A DNA stretch of 48,659 nt, filler included, from Sphacelaria rigidula (lineage: Eukaryota): NCBI GenBank assembly GCA_964200075.2. It is 3 parts of 3 records of this genome, joined end to end, with 100 filler letters (N's around TTAATTAATTAA, not from the genome) between each part and the next. Parts side by side here need not be neighbours in the genome. Positions count along the whole stretch, not along the records: positions 1 to 16,156 come from CAXNAA020001459.1; 2 more parts are not named here. One strand, given 5' to 3'. The stretch's first letter is position 1, and every line of letters begins with the position of its first letter. Position numbers and translations under genes: made by a program. The notes under the pieces were generated by a model that worked only from the letters and a program-made list of their open reading frames with translations, did not search any database and was not told the origin of the DNA. This document shows, one piece after another, positions 1 through 12,700 of this stretch.

Positions 1-34
1 AGAATGTAAGCGCCCCTGCGCCGGGGTGCGCGCG

Positions 35-172
35 GGGGTGGGGGGTTGAGGTTCTTGGGGGGGGGGGTGGGGGGGGGGTGGGGGGGGGGGGGGGGGGGGG
101 GGGAGGGCACTCATTCGTTGCTTGCCTTAGTCGTGTGACCATCGACCACGAATCCCTTCCGAGACGGAGCAC
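35..172 (-). mobile_element. Short 3'-terminal fragment of a LINE-like retroposon with a long C-rich tail (G-run on +)
   Basis: 108-172 is the reverse complement of the 3' end of the LINE fragment at 11826-12340 (same motif at 16257 and 28721); the G-run at ~35-107 is its tail. Confidence 0.7.
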
Positions 173-587
173 ACGGGCCAATGTGTGTGTGAAGTATTGG
201 ATTCAAATCTCGACAGCACAGTAATCGTATATTTTGTTGGTTTTCTCCGTGGAGTGCGTGAGACGATCATCGTCCGAGGGAAGTTTGATGAATGCCGACA
301 GGCTGAGGAAACACTCATGGTCATCATTCACTGCCCGATCGGAAATTGCAAGGCAGGTGACGCGGCAGAGGGGGATTGATTCCGTGAGGCTACGGAACTG
401 TCCCGAGGACGGGAAGGAGTTGAAGTACGACGGAAGGGAACAAAATGTTTGAAGGCGGAGCGCGTGTCTTGTTTGTTTTCTCATAGAGTGGTAGTATCTG
501 TCACGACGGTAACGGCTGTGCCTTTCCCGTCGCGTAACGCATTTTCCGACGCGACGTTTATCGGTTTGGACAATGACGCGTGTGCAG

Positions 588-729
588 GTCTATCGCCACG
601 TTGGCTATCACAACCCTCCTCAAGACTGGATCGGAGGGATCTGTGGAAAGGCTGATGAAACAGATTTCTTCCTTCATGAACGAGATTGCTGACGAATTCA
701 AGATAGTGGTGGTGAACGCCATCCGTCAG
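588..729 (+). CDS. COPG: COPG internal exon
   Basis: tgtgcag|G TCT ATC GCC...CGT CAG|gtgcgg; [47 protein letters not shown]. Confidence 0.95.
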
Positions 730-3700
730 GTGCGGTTTTTTGTTTCCATCTGATAATAAAACGGCTGGGGTATAATCAAATTTGTGAACATAGAAAGATG
801 CTCGTTTTCGATTCATGTGCACGTCTTTGTCCGTGTTGTTGTTTTCTTGACTCTGTTCGCTTTTTTTACAGATTCTGTACCAAGGTGCCGCCAATATTTT
901 CCGAAACGTTTTGGGCTTCTGGCAACGTCTTGTTAGTCCCCGTCTCGCGCCGTGGATCATGGCGCTGTCGTATCGCTACCCTGAGAACAGAGTCCTTGTC
1001 CCGATAGAAACGCTGAGGATGTGGGACATTGTGGAGTTATCGTCTATATCCCCCGTATCCACACGGACGCTTTCCACTCTGGTGGTGAAGGGGAGAAGAT
1101 AAGCTGTTGACCGACTAAGCGGGGCTCACGGATATTATGTACGATGACACATGTCTATGCGGGTGGTACTAGCGAGCTGAAGCGCTGCCCAAGCTACCGA
1201 TGAGTCGCTGAGCATCGGCATGCCAATTTATTTCGCGCACGTTCGCTTTGTTACTGCCTCGAGCAACGATTTAAGAGGGCTTTTTTTTATGGTAGTGCTT
1301 TGATCAACCACCTCTCGATCGCGGGATGGCTCCGCCCCCGCATGGTTCACGTATCGTCTCCGTTTTCTCTCGTTGCGCTGAATGTGCCGCCTCGCGTCGT
1401 GTTTCAATCAACAGCTGTGCCTCAAGTACCCACTCAAGCACCGAGTGCTGGTGGGCTTCCTCGCGACCTTCCTCAGGGAGGAGGGAGGCTTCGAGTTCAA
1501 GAAGGCTATCACCGACTGCATCGTCGAGCTTATGACCGCCATTCCTGAGACCAAGGTGACACGCACACACAGACACACACGCCTTCACTTTTCTTAGAGC
1601 GACCTCCTGCGTATGCTTCCCAGCCTTTCATTTTTATTCTTTCCTCGTGAGTGATGTCGTTATTTCTACGCCCTTGTACCATCCAAGGCTCGCGAGCGAT
1701 CGAAAGTGGGATACTCTGGCTCACAGCAGTACAGAACAGGACGGTGCAATATACTCTCGTATAGGACGCAGTCTCTGCCGCTCATCTGCGTGGGGACCTG
1801 TCACTGACAGCGGTGGCTCCCCCCACGATGCCAGAGCAGTGGCGTCGTGTCTTGGAGATGATGCGTCGAGATCAACCCCGGGCCAACGACAAGCGTATCG
1901 CATAACACGTGCCAGCCGAATATGTATTCCCAGGATCGCATGTACGGTACTGAAATACAGCTACTTGAGACTTGTTCAAGCTAGATGTGTGTTGTGTGTG
2001 TGCTGTCGTCCCATCTATTCTGGACGCCAGTCTGCGCCCTTCGGTATATGTGAGCGCACCAGCCGGGGTCACATAGGAGGAAGGTGAACAGAGGAGTCTT
2101 TTGTTCTTCATTTGCTTTTAGTACCCCACCTTCCTTCTGCGGTGCTTGCCTTTCTTTTTTTTTTACCGCGAGAGGGGTCCGGGAGTCCCTTTCCCTCGTC
2201 GACCGTTTGGTCGAATTTTGTATACCCGCGATATACCGGTAGTCGCTCTCCACTGTTGGGCATGGTGTGGGAAAAAATCCCAGATCACTCGGAGATTTGA
2301 ACCCACGACCCAACCGTCAAAAGATCTCGAGGTTTCCTCACATAGCCACGGGGGCGACCGGCTCATAGCTGAGGATGGTGAATGTTCGCCCACCACTACG
2401 TTGCCCCCGCCGGCTCGTCGGGGTAATGTACTCAGGAATGATTATAATATGACCTCTCTGCGCAGGTCCGTCGGGTCGTGCCGATCATTCCCCTCATACA
2501 GTGTTTCTGGGTGCTTGTTGATACCTTTTCGGTGGTACGTTGTTGCCCGGGTTGGTGCACTCGTGACAGGGGGTCGGGGGAGGCTAGAGATATCATGTTC
2601 CAATTTCGCACTAGGATTAAGTCACGTTGAGAATATATCTTGGTTTCGTTAGGATATCATGTAATGGCTACCCCCCGGAAGGGTCCCGTTACGCGCCGTG
2701 TTCGCGTAGTGGCGCTATCACGGGACACGCTCGTCGCAGAAAGTCAGACCAAGAAGCACCTGCTATATTTCAGCCGATGGTTCCTGAGTCCCTCGGCTGT
2801 TGCAAAATGGATTAGTTTAGCATCAGCGGAGAAACAAACGACCAGTAAGCGCGGTGTTAACACTGGTCTCTGACAGCCCCCGTGGCCTGTTGTCATAAGC
2901 TTTGGAGAGAAACCTGTTTGCATGTAGAGACGGCGTCCCTCGTGATGTACATAATATCCGACAGTCTAAACGAGACGGAGGAAAAATGTTGTCGTCGTCG
3001 CCTGTATGGCAGTTGATTCATAGCCACATGTTGTTGACTAACTCGGAGATGACTCGATGATTATCGAAACATTGATAGCTGCGCACGCAATCGTTTAATA
3101 AACATCACCTTATATTTTGGCCTTCCTCGTCTGCCGTTTGCCGTTGGGTTGGTTCTATTTGTTTTCAACTTTCCATCACGAAATATAGGAAATGTCATTG
3201 TTCCATCTTTGCGACTTCATCGAGGACTGCGAGTTCACGGCCCTGTCCACCCAGATCCTCTGCCTGGTGGGTGACCTTGGCCCCTCCACGTCGGCCCCTG
3301 CTCGCTATATCCGGTTTATTTACAACAGGTAGGTAAATCTGGCCCTCCAATCCTCCAGGCTGCAAAGCAGTAATAGTCATTCCCCAGCGAGTCCCTGTAC
3401 TTCAATCCAAACACTTGGACTTGATTGCAATACAGGGGACATTTTGCCGGAAAGATCCCAGAACCTTCTCAGGAAGAGAATCAACATGTTTCACGTGTAC
3501 TCCTTAACCCCCCGCCCTGGAACCGAGTCATTTGTCTGAAGTGATCAATTCATCACCCTCCCTTTCGGTAATCGCCACGTGATCATTTCATCAACCCTCC
3601 CGCAGCCCCCGCCAAGTTTCATCGAAATATCTTTTAACATCCAACTCTCGGTGTCGCAAAAGCTCAGACGGCTGGTTCCCCCAGTTCGAACGTGTAAGGC

Positions 3701-6700
3701 ATGAGTAGGAAGGACAGTGGAAGCAAAGGTGATGGCCCACGGAAATCTCGATCCGATGCCTAATGATGAGATTGTCAGGCAGGCACCGGGAGGGATATGG
3801 GTTTATCCCTTGAGACTACTTCAGACTCGCGCCGCGGATGGGGATGGAGGGCGTAAGCGTGTCACGGCAATGCATTTTTACATGGACTTGATGAATGTTT
3901 TACATGTGGGGCTTCCACTTTGCTTGCTTCACCCGCTTTCCCTCAATTGTGATGACCGAGACACGTTTCATGTGGTGTTCTCTTCTCGTCGAGAGGAGTA
4001 CTTTTGCGACGAGAAGTGGCGGCAAAGGCTGCAACGAGGTCTCCAATGTGCTTTTTTTGTGCGCAATTGGCTGACTCATGTATAACCCCTGGGAAAAAAA
4101 ATGGCAATTGTGCAATATTCCAGCTATGCGATTGGTGCGCGGCTCTGGGCGCGGTCGTGATGCGAACGCGGAGAGCTTTTTTCGAGAATTGCTGGTGCTC
4201 GAAACTATTACTCTGTCTTTCTCCATGATCTCCAGCTCGTTTTTTTTTTCTTTTTCCCTCCCTGTCGTGCGCGTGTCTTTCATTTCGTTTGTCGCGATCG
4301 TGTTTTGTCTCTTTGGTTGTCAGTTTCTTGTTGCTGCTCAACCTACCGGATCGTGTTTTGTTTTGTTTTCGCGGCGTAAAATGGATAATGACAGGGTCAT
4401 CCTGGAAAATGCGGCTGTGCGCGCTGCGGCGGTGCCCGCCTTGGCCAAGTTTGCCGCCCGCCTCCCAAGCCTTGCCCCGTCTGTTCGCGTGCTGCTGAAG
4501 AGGTCCCTTCTCGACGAGGACGATGAGGTGATTCATTTGTATCCCAGTGCAGGCTGAGCAAAGCCGTGGTGTCATGATCCATGATCTTTTTTATCGTCGT
4601 CTCATGTTGCATGTGCTGTAGCGTGTTTGAAAAGGTCTCGCTCTGGTCTCGTCGCTCTTGCTGTGCCAATAGAGGTAACTGGCGTTGGGCTACAAATATC
4701 CATGATTGATATTACTCGATGAGGGTGTGTACAATGATGATCGGATCTTTAGTAGGGCTGACAGTCCCGTGTGTTCCTCGCGTGCGTAGACCGCGTTTTC
4801 GTTGAAATCGGCGCCATGGCGCTGATTTGGGGTCCACCAAGGCCGCACTTTGCCTAGGGAATGCTATGTACCGCCCTTGCCCGAGGGTGCTGGTTATGCG
4901 TTCGGTTGGGGTTAGGGGTAGCAATACTTGTAAACTGTGTCAACCATGGACATTTGTAGCCCAATGCCGGTTAACAAGCCTCTGCTGTGTTGTGCTGTGC
5001 TGTACTGTGCACGCCATTCCCTTGTATGGAGTTTTCGTTCACCGAATGCGTCTGTTCCATCTTCGTTTCTGCCTTAGGTGTGTTTGGGTGTGTGTATTGT
5101 GGAATATGACCACGCCTGAGATCGTGGCGGATGGCCTAGCGCTCGGCAATCATCCCACTGATCAGTCACTGTCGTGTTGTATAATAGTGCTACTCCTAGT
5201 GCCAGTGGTGATGTCTAGTATTGTTGTGTGGTCATGATCGGTCTACTGTCCCATGCACTGTGTTTCTTGATCGTCTGGAGCTCTTCTGTAGCTAGCTCGA
5301 TCCATCCCTGCGTATGGTGCTGAGCAGTGCAGGAGTTACTTGACGGGATACGAGTCTTCCACTGACTGCTAAATTTCGGTATTTTTCGTCGTTTTTTTTT
5401 TTCGAAGTTTGGTTCTTATATTTGTTGCAGGCGCTGGTACTGAAGTGTCCATCGGAAAATATCCAGTTACATTGATTGGCATGTGCTCTGACTCTTACTG
5501 TAGGTTCGCGACCGAGCGACGGTTGCCTTGACTCTTCTGGGCGACGACGACTCTCCGAATGCGGGGGGAGCAGCTGGCTTGCCGGAGGGTGTGAGTGAGA
5601 GCAAAGGGGAGGATGGTGAGGGACCAACCACCGCCACGTCCAGGTGAGCAAAACACAGAACCAAATGTCGGCAGTGATCAATTCTGTGGTCTCGAGTGAG
5701 GCATGGTGCGTTCTGGCGGTGGTCATGTTCCATTTTGACGCCCGGGTTTTGTGGTCATTTTCTAGTCCTACGTGAGAGCAGGGGAGGGGGGACCAACACC
5801 CAACATCTCCAGGTGAGACGTGGCATGTATATGTATTGTGGTTATTTTCCACTCCCCGCACTCACATGTTCCAATATAACACAGTGCAATAGTACAGTGC
5901 AGTACAGTGCGCCAACGCACAGCACCAGCTGGAATGTCGCAGCAGCGGGCAACGCCTTGTTCGTTTACGGAAAGCGAAACAGCCAACACACCATGACGTT
6001 TTTAACAGTGTGCAGCCCGCGCATTGCGTGCCGACTAAAATCGTTTCCTGCAGAGACGAACACACCTGCAATATCGCAGCTCAGGCCATCTAAACCGTCT
6101 ACTCAATGCGTAAACACACCACAGTACAACGGTGACAGCTCCGACACATGAGAGATGGCGTGAGTGTGTTTGTCCTGCGGTGCAGGGGAACAGGACACAT
6201 GTCCCATGCTTTAGTCCTTCGCCTGATTTTTGGCAGCTCCTCAATTTTGAGCGGGTGCAGAGTTTGAACGCTCGGCCATCGTCGCGCTTCTTTTACTTCA
6301 CTTCGAGTTGACCCCTATTTGTGTGTGGGAGGTCTGTCTTGTGTTGCGGACTTCACCCGCTACTTACGTCAAGTCAACTCTGTCCCGGTACATGTTGAGT
6401 TTCCCGATATTTGTTTCTTTATTTTTTATCCAGCGTTGATTTGGTACTCTGCTGCAGCCCGTCTACCTCCGTAAGATTGCTTGGCTATCTCTTGCTGTTG
6501 CCCTCCCTCCCCCCCTCACGAGTGCGAGCGATATGAATTCGACAAGACGGACGCGATTGTCGGGGCCCGAACCCGCAACTTTCGCTACACGTGATGCTTG
6601 CTGTTTTCCCGGTTTGTCCATCGGGGCAAGGCGACATTTCACCATACAGTAGAGCAAAACCTCGAAAGTGTCGGCTGCAACTCATGCACTTTAACAGTGC

Positions 6701-9700
6701 AGTGCGAATGTTGGGGGGGACTGTAATCATGACAATGTTTATAGCTTGTTCGTCCAACATTCGCGGCTCTGCTGTGTGCGTTTGATGGTGTGTGGTGTTT
6801 GGTGTTTCGCAGTTCGGCGCACTTGATTCTTGAGACATTGCCGATGAGCTTCTCGAGCTTGGAGCGCGCCGTTAAGGCCTACCAGCAGCACATGCCTGCT
6901 ACTGCCGGGCAACCTTTAAACCTTGCGTCTCTTCCAGTTGGTGAGTGCTACATGGAGTTGATGTACGTGGGTATCCCCTCTTTTCTTTTCGATGATAATT
7001 TTCAAATCGACACAATGATAAAATTGGTTTACAGTAGTGTTTGTCATCATCCACTGCATGGTCATAATCTTGTCCCCGATAGTAATTTGCCGGGTGAAGG
7101 ATGCGTCGAAGGGTATGTCGTGGAGTAATCTCCATAGCCTGGACAAGATATGGTCAGTAGTTCCATTAGGCCAATACTTTTTTCAGTTCATTGTTGTCTG
7201 TTGCAAGTATTGGCCACATTCTGTCCAGGGTGTGGGAATTTCTAGGTCACACGAAAACATGGATGGGTATTTCCGTAGTTCAGTGCACAACGTTTTGACT
7301 TTTCTACTTACGAACGTTACTCTCTTGCTCAAGCTGTAGTGGAGCCTGACTTCACCAATCCCTCCCCCGAGATTGTGATTTGAAGCCTGCTTCGTTTTCA
7401 TCACTCTTGTACCAAATCCTTATCCTGTACTTCCTGTAGTGTACTGTACTGTTGAGGGGTGGTGAGATTAGAGCGGGGAAGGAAAGATGCAGTGTCGAGG
7501 GCTGACTGAATCATTCTTTACTTGGGGAATGGGGTTCGTTTTCGCATGACATTCACCATGTGGTGCCATGGTGATCTGAACATGAATGATTCTGGGTGAC
7601 CCTTGCCCCAGACGTGGTACAATCACTGGAGGATGACCCAGTATAATCCCGGGGCGCATATAGTTCGAGAACCCATTCCTGTGTTTCAGCTGCCGTGTTC
7701 CCACTACGGAAGATGTGGTACGGTCACCACGAGTGGAATATGACCAACCATGTCTCGGGTAGATTTCCTGTAGCTCACCAAGTCAACTTGATAATCCATG
7801 TGCCTGTCTGTCGAAAGACTCGTACGGGCCACAAGCACACATTTAGAATGCTGTCGTGTTGGTGTTTCGCTAATGAACCGGGGGTACGGCCACTGCTATG
7901 GCGGAGGAAGACCAGCAAGATTTCTGATGGACGTTTATTTCGCCAGTATCGCCTTATTCAAGAACGGTCTACCCGACAACTGCATATTCCCCGTCATTAT
8001 TTGTTGAACTGAGCCGCCTAGAAGTCGTGATGTTCTGTTGCCCATTCTGACGGTGGACCACAACGGAGGGGTACAGCGCGTACGTTTGTACACGGCTGAA
8101 GAAGATAATTTCGACATACTGTACCTGTACTGATGGTCCGAATTTGAGATTTGTTGTCTCCCTGTCTCGCTGATCCCGACCCGACTTTTGGGTCAGATGT
8201 ACGTACGGATAAGTCAACAAACCGTAGAAGCACTGTATACAGTTGTTGTCGTGTTGGTGATCATGTCATGCTCCACAGTTGAAGAGGCGGTTCAACCGGT
8301 GGGCGTGGACCCCAAGAGCTCTGGGAAGGGTTCGAACCAGGCTTCAGGAACGGGGGCGCAAGCCCCGCCGGAGGACCCTGCTGCGCACATCTACAAGGTA
8401 TTAGGCCGTTATCCATTTTGAAGAGTGGAGGGTGGTCCCCGATGACTCGCGCTGTCTAGGCTTCGCGGCGTACAATATGGGTCAACACTCATAATTTGGT
8501 TTCAGCTGGCTCTCTCGATCGTTCGCCTTGTGCACGATGCTTGTTTCGTTCGGTATTCAGTATTTTCTGTCGTGACATGGCGGCACAATCATGATGGTAG
8601 TGTCATGTACAAACGAACTACAGGTCGACCAAATATTTTGTGGGTTTCCGAGCTGGCTAGCAGCGGCGACCGAGTTTTTTTGTCTCTGCTGCGTACTGTA
8701 CCTCGCAAAGATTTTGCTGCAACAGACATCCATGCGCATGCGAAGGGCTTGGGTCGTCCGGCGGCGAGTTAGTTCTGTTTTGTTTCCTGGGGTCTCCGGG
8801 TATGAGTGCAATTGCGGGTACCAGTGCCGACTTGACTGCTCGCACTCCTACCGTAGTTCTTAGTCCGACGCCATGTCGCTATCTTCTGCTGAGCATGGCC
8901 TTTTATTCCTCTATTTATTTGCATGATTTTGGTGTGCGCTTGGCACATTTCATGACTGCGGTTTGCTTGTGTTTTCATAATCATGAGTGTTGGACGTTGT
9001 TTTGGGTACGCGGCTTATGTTCATGGATAATTCAGGTGCCCGAGCTGGCCAGCCTTGGTCGAGTCTTCAGATCGGCTGCTCCGGTGGAGCTCACAGAGTC
9101 GGAGACAGAGTACGTGGTCCGGTGCGTGAAGCACATGATGGACAGACACGTTGTCTTGGACTTCAGCATCTCCAACACAATCGAAGAGCAGGTATGTGCG
9201 TGTGTTTATCAAACATTGACTGTGGGATTGCATTTTGTCGGGTGTATGTGTATGTGTGTGTATTCAAACGCCTGACAAACGTGTAGGTGTGTCCTCTGTC
9301 ATTTGTTGATAATTGGCTTGTATTTTGTTCGGATCCATCACCTGTTTGACCATAATGCCTAGTTCGCCTGCACTCCCCCTTCCCGTAATGAGAAAGTGGG
9401 TGTGATCGCGGTGTTCATAATAATTTTCAGGGTTGGAATTGAGTATGTCAGGGGTGGGCTCTCCCCCCCCCCTCCTTGCCCCTACTCATGTTCTAGTTGT
9501 TGTTGGCGGTCGCGCTTTGTGGTGGGGAGTGGAACGGTTGTCGTGGGCAGGCACTTTTGTTCGGTTTGAGTGTGTATCGCGCCGTTTAGGAGTCAGTACA
9601 GCTAACGCAGACATTCCGCTACATGGCCGAGGGTTACCGTATGACGGCTTCACATGTCAACTTGACTGTTTTTTTTTGCAATAGTGTTGCGTTTGCCAAA

Positions 9701-12700
9701 AGTAAACGCACTTTATCGTTTGTCCCTTCTCGTTGGACAAGGGGGGATATTACAGATTTTGAAACGCACGTCGCACCTTGAAGGACCCTGTTGTATAAAT
9801 CAGTACCATCCAGGATCACCGTGACTGGTTCCACGTTTTTTGTAAAGGTACATTCGGTGACGTTCCCTATGCTTTTTTGTCAGCAATTATTGCTTGTTGT
9901 ATTAGCCGAGACGGAGACGTGAAGGGTAGCTCGGGTTGCTTCTTTTTATCCAAGGGTGGTGGGATTTCTTCTGTGCATGCATCCGCGTCGCCACTACCGT
10001 CTCGACCAAGATACATCACTGCCTGCAGCGGCAAGTCTTCTTCCATCGAGATACAGAAGCCCTCGACACTTATCCCCCCCCCCCCCCCTCGCCCCCCCGC
10101 GCCCGCGTTCATAATGTTTTGTTCTTGCACCTCGGAATATTTAGATGCTGCGTAACCTCACTGTCGAGGTGGAGGGGGCTGACTCAGAGCTGTACGAGGT
10201 AACTGCGTCCGTCCCTCTTCCCGAGCTCAAGTGCGGCGACACGGGACACACGTACGTGGTGTTGGCTCTAGCCGAGGGCAATGCTGCGGAACCCGCGTCT
10301 TTCACTTGCGAACTTAAGTTCCAGGTGAGCTACTGTGGTGCAGCCGTCGAGGTCTGCGGTGCATTCCCATTCGGACACTCAACTGAAGTGTATGTGTTTG
10401 TAGGCTTTCCAGCTTGCGTAAGCTACTGTGCCCGGCACATGATGCCGCTGTAGATTTAACTTGTTATGCACAGTAAGCGACAGCACTAGCAGCGGTAGCG
10501 ACTGGCCAACGTTCCGACACTGTTGAAGCGTGCCTTCATATGAGCCTGCAGTCAAGTAGCACCATCATGATTATGTGTTGATTCCGAATCGACTGTTGTC
10601 TTCTCAGCTGGTTACTGTTGTCGCCGGTCAAATGGCATCCTCCCGCCGCTGTATCATCCGAGATCCAGACTTTGATTTCGTTGGATACTGGATGAGCTCG
10701 TTGATGAATCCGCATTTATCGAGCCATCCCACCCAACATCTAACCTCGGCGGGGTGATGAACACTGGTTAGACGGTGTGATGAAAGTTGACCGTGAGTCA
10801 GAGAAACGCAAGTATCATGAGTTGTAGAGGGGAGATCCGCGGGGGTGCGGATATGCGTGGAGATGAACCCACAGTCTGTGCTGTGTGCTGTCTGCTCTGT
10901 GGGGAGGACCAGAGAAATATCAGGCATGTCGTCTATGTGAAGCTGTTGTGCTTACTCCTGGGGTTGCGGTCGAACTACGTCCCGCCGCGTGTTTTTTAAC
11001 CCGTAGAATTAAGTGGTGAGTGTTTAACATATTCCGCCTGTCGTCGTCTCTTTTTTTCTTGACTGAACTGTCTCTGGTTGCAAATGGGACAGGCTTTGGA
11101 TGTCGACCCTGCTACGGGAGAGTTGGAGGGAGACGAGGAGGGCTTCCCAGAGGAGTACCCCCTGGAGCTGCTCAACATTGCCACTGCTGACTTCATGGCT
11201 AAGGCATGTGTCAACATGGTGGAACACGTTGGATTCTACTCGAATGCCATGCACGGGGTTGCCGGGAGCTGTAGCAGTTTTTATTTTTATTTTGTTACGT
11301 TTTGAATCCCGTCCCTTTCTCGGGACGAGTCCGTGGTCTTGAGGGATCAACTCGTCTCCCCCCGGTACACGCGATAGGGGAAAGATAAGACGAAATACTC
11401 TCCACAGGTGAAGGCGCGGGGTACGAGACAAAAGTAATAGACATGATGTAAATAAGGGAGGATAAAAGCGCTCAGATGCAAAGTAGACGAGACGAGAACA
11501 CCTGAAGATGCACGGGGGGAGGGATGTACTCACGATCTTGCATGCCATAGTCATAAGACCATTGACCTCGCATCCCTACAAAGTCGGGACGGAGCACGCC
11601 GGGTTTTCGCCGGACCAGGCTCGAAATCAATCACCGAGAGCGAAGCGCCATGGTGTGTCAGTCGCATGAAGGGTGAGCTGCATCCTGCTAAGATTACATG
11701 GCCGAAAGTCTAGTGATCATCTTGCATTTGGATGACAGCCTCGAATGCGTTGCTTTCATTTTCTGGTATCGCCACTTCCTGAGACAGCCAGGGCTTATAC
11801 ACTGCCTCATGGGTGTCTCACCATATTCGGGGAGTCAAGAGAGGGGATAGGGGTGAAAAACGTGGAACTCCGATTTGGGTTGGGGAACCTGGACCTGCCA
11901 GAAAGAAAAAGGAGATAAACCAGTAGTCGAGAGGAGGAGGAAGTAGATGCACAGAAGTGCCCCTGTGCCAAAGCAATAGGGAGCAAAACTCATATAGGTG
12001 CAGAATATGAAATATACAGGGAGGAACGGGATGTGCTCGAGGGGAAAATTCGGAACGTGCACGAAGGTGGGATGGAATCGTTCGATGCATTAGACAGTAG
12101 GGAGAAAACGATGGCTATGCAAGGAGATGAATGGTGGTCACAGAAGACAAAACAGGACGGGGATATGATATGTAAAAGGTTTTTGTGTAGTGTATGGAAG
12201 AAACTTGATTAGCACCTCAATGTTGGAGGTGTATCTATGAGAAGTAGGAACCGTTCTCCGTCTCGGAAGGGATGAGTGGTGAACAGTCAGACGGCCAAGG
12301 CAGGCAACAAATGAGTACCATCCCGCCTCCCCCCCCCTCCGGTACACACCTTGCTTTCGGATCTTGCGGATCGGGTCCGCTCTTCTGCACCGCATCAACT
12401 CTATTCTAACAAACTCAGTCAAATCCTCATTGTATTGTCACGTACACCCACTTTAGGCGGTGGGAATCGGATACTTGGAAGAACAAACCCGAGGCATCTG
12501 GCAGGAATCGATCCCACTTACTCTCCACCTCTGTGGTGACAGTGGTGACAGTCGAGTCATTAGACCACTGGGGTGCGGCCAGTGAGAGCATTGAAATTGA
12601 CTAAAAGGTGCAGAGTGCAGTTCTTGCCTAGGCTCGTGGACCATCCCCCGGGCAGAAATCATAGCCAACTTCTTTGAACAGGAAATTTCAACACGCCATG

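Noticed and set aside
6945..8200. Possible decayed coding or transposon sequence in a COPG intron (several 70-110 aa ORFs)
   Set aside because: No motif could be identified with confidence; it needs a TBLASTX or Repbase search.
11514..12340. Single DNA transposon with G-rich terminal inverted repeats
   Set aside because: The apparent TIRs are the homologous 3' ends of two retroposons in opposite orientation; each occurs alone elsewhere and no TSD was seen.
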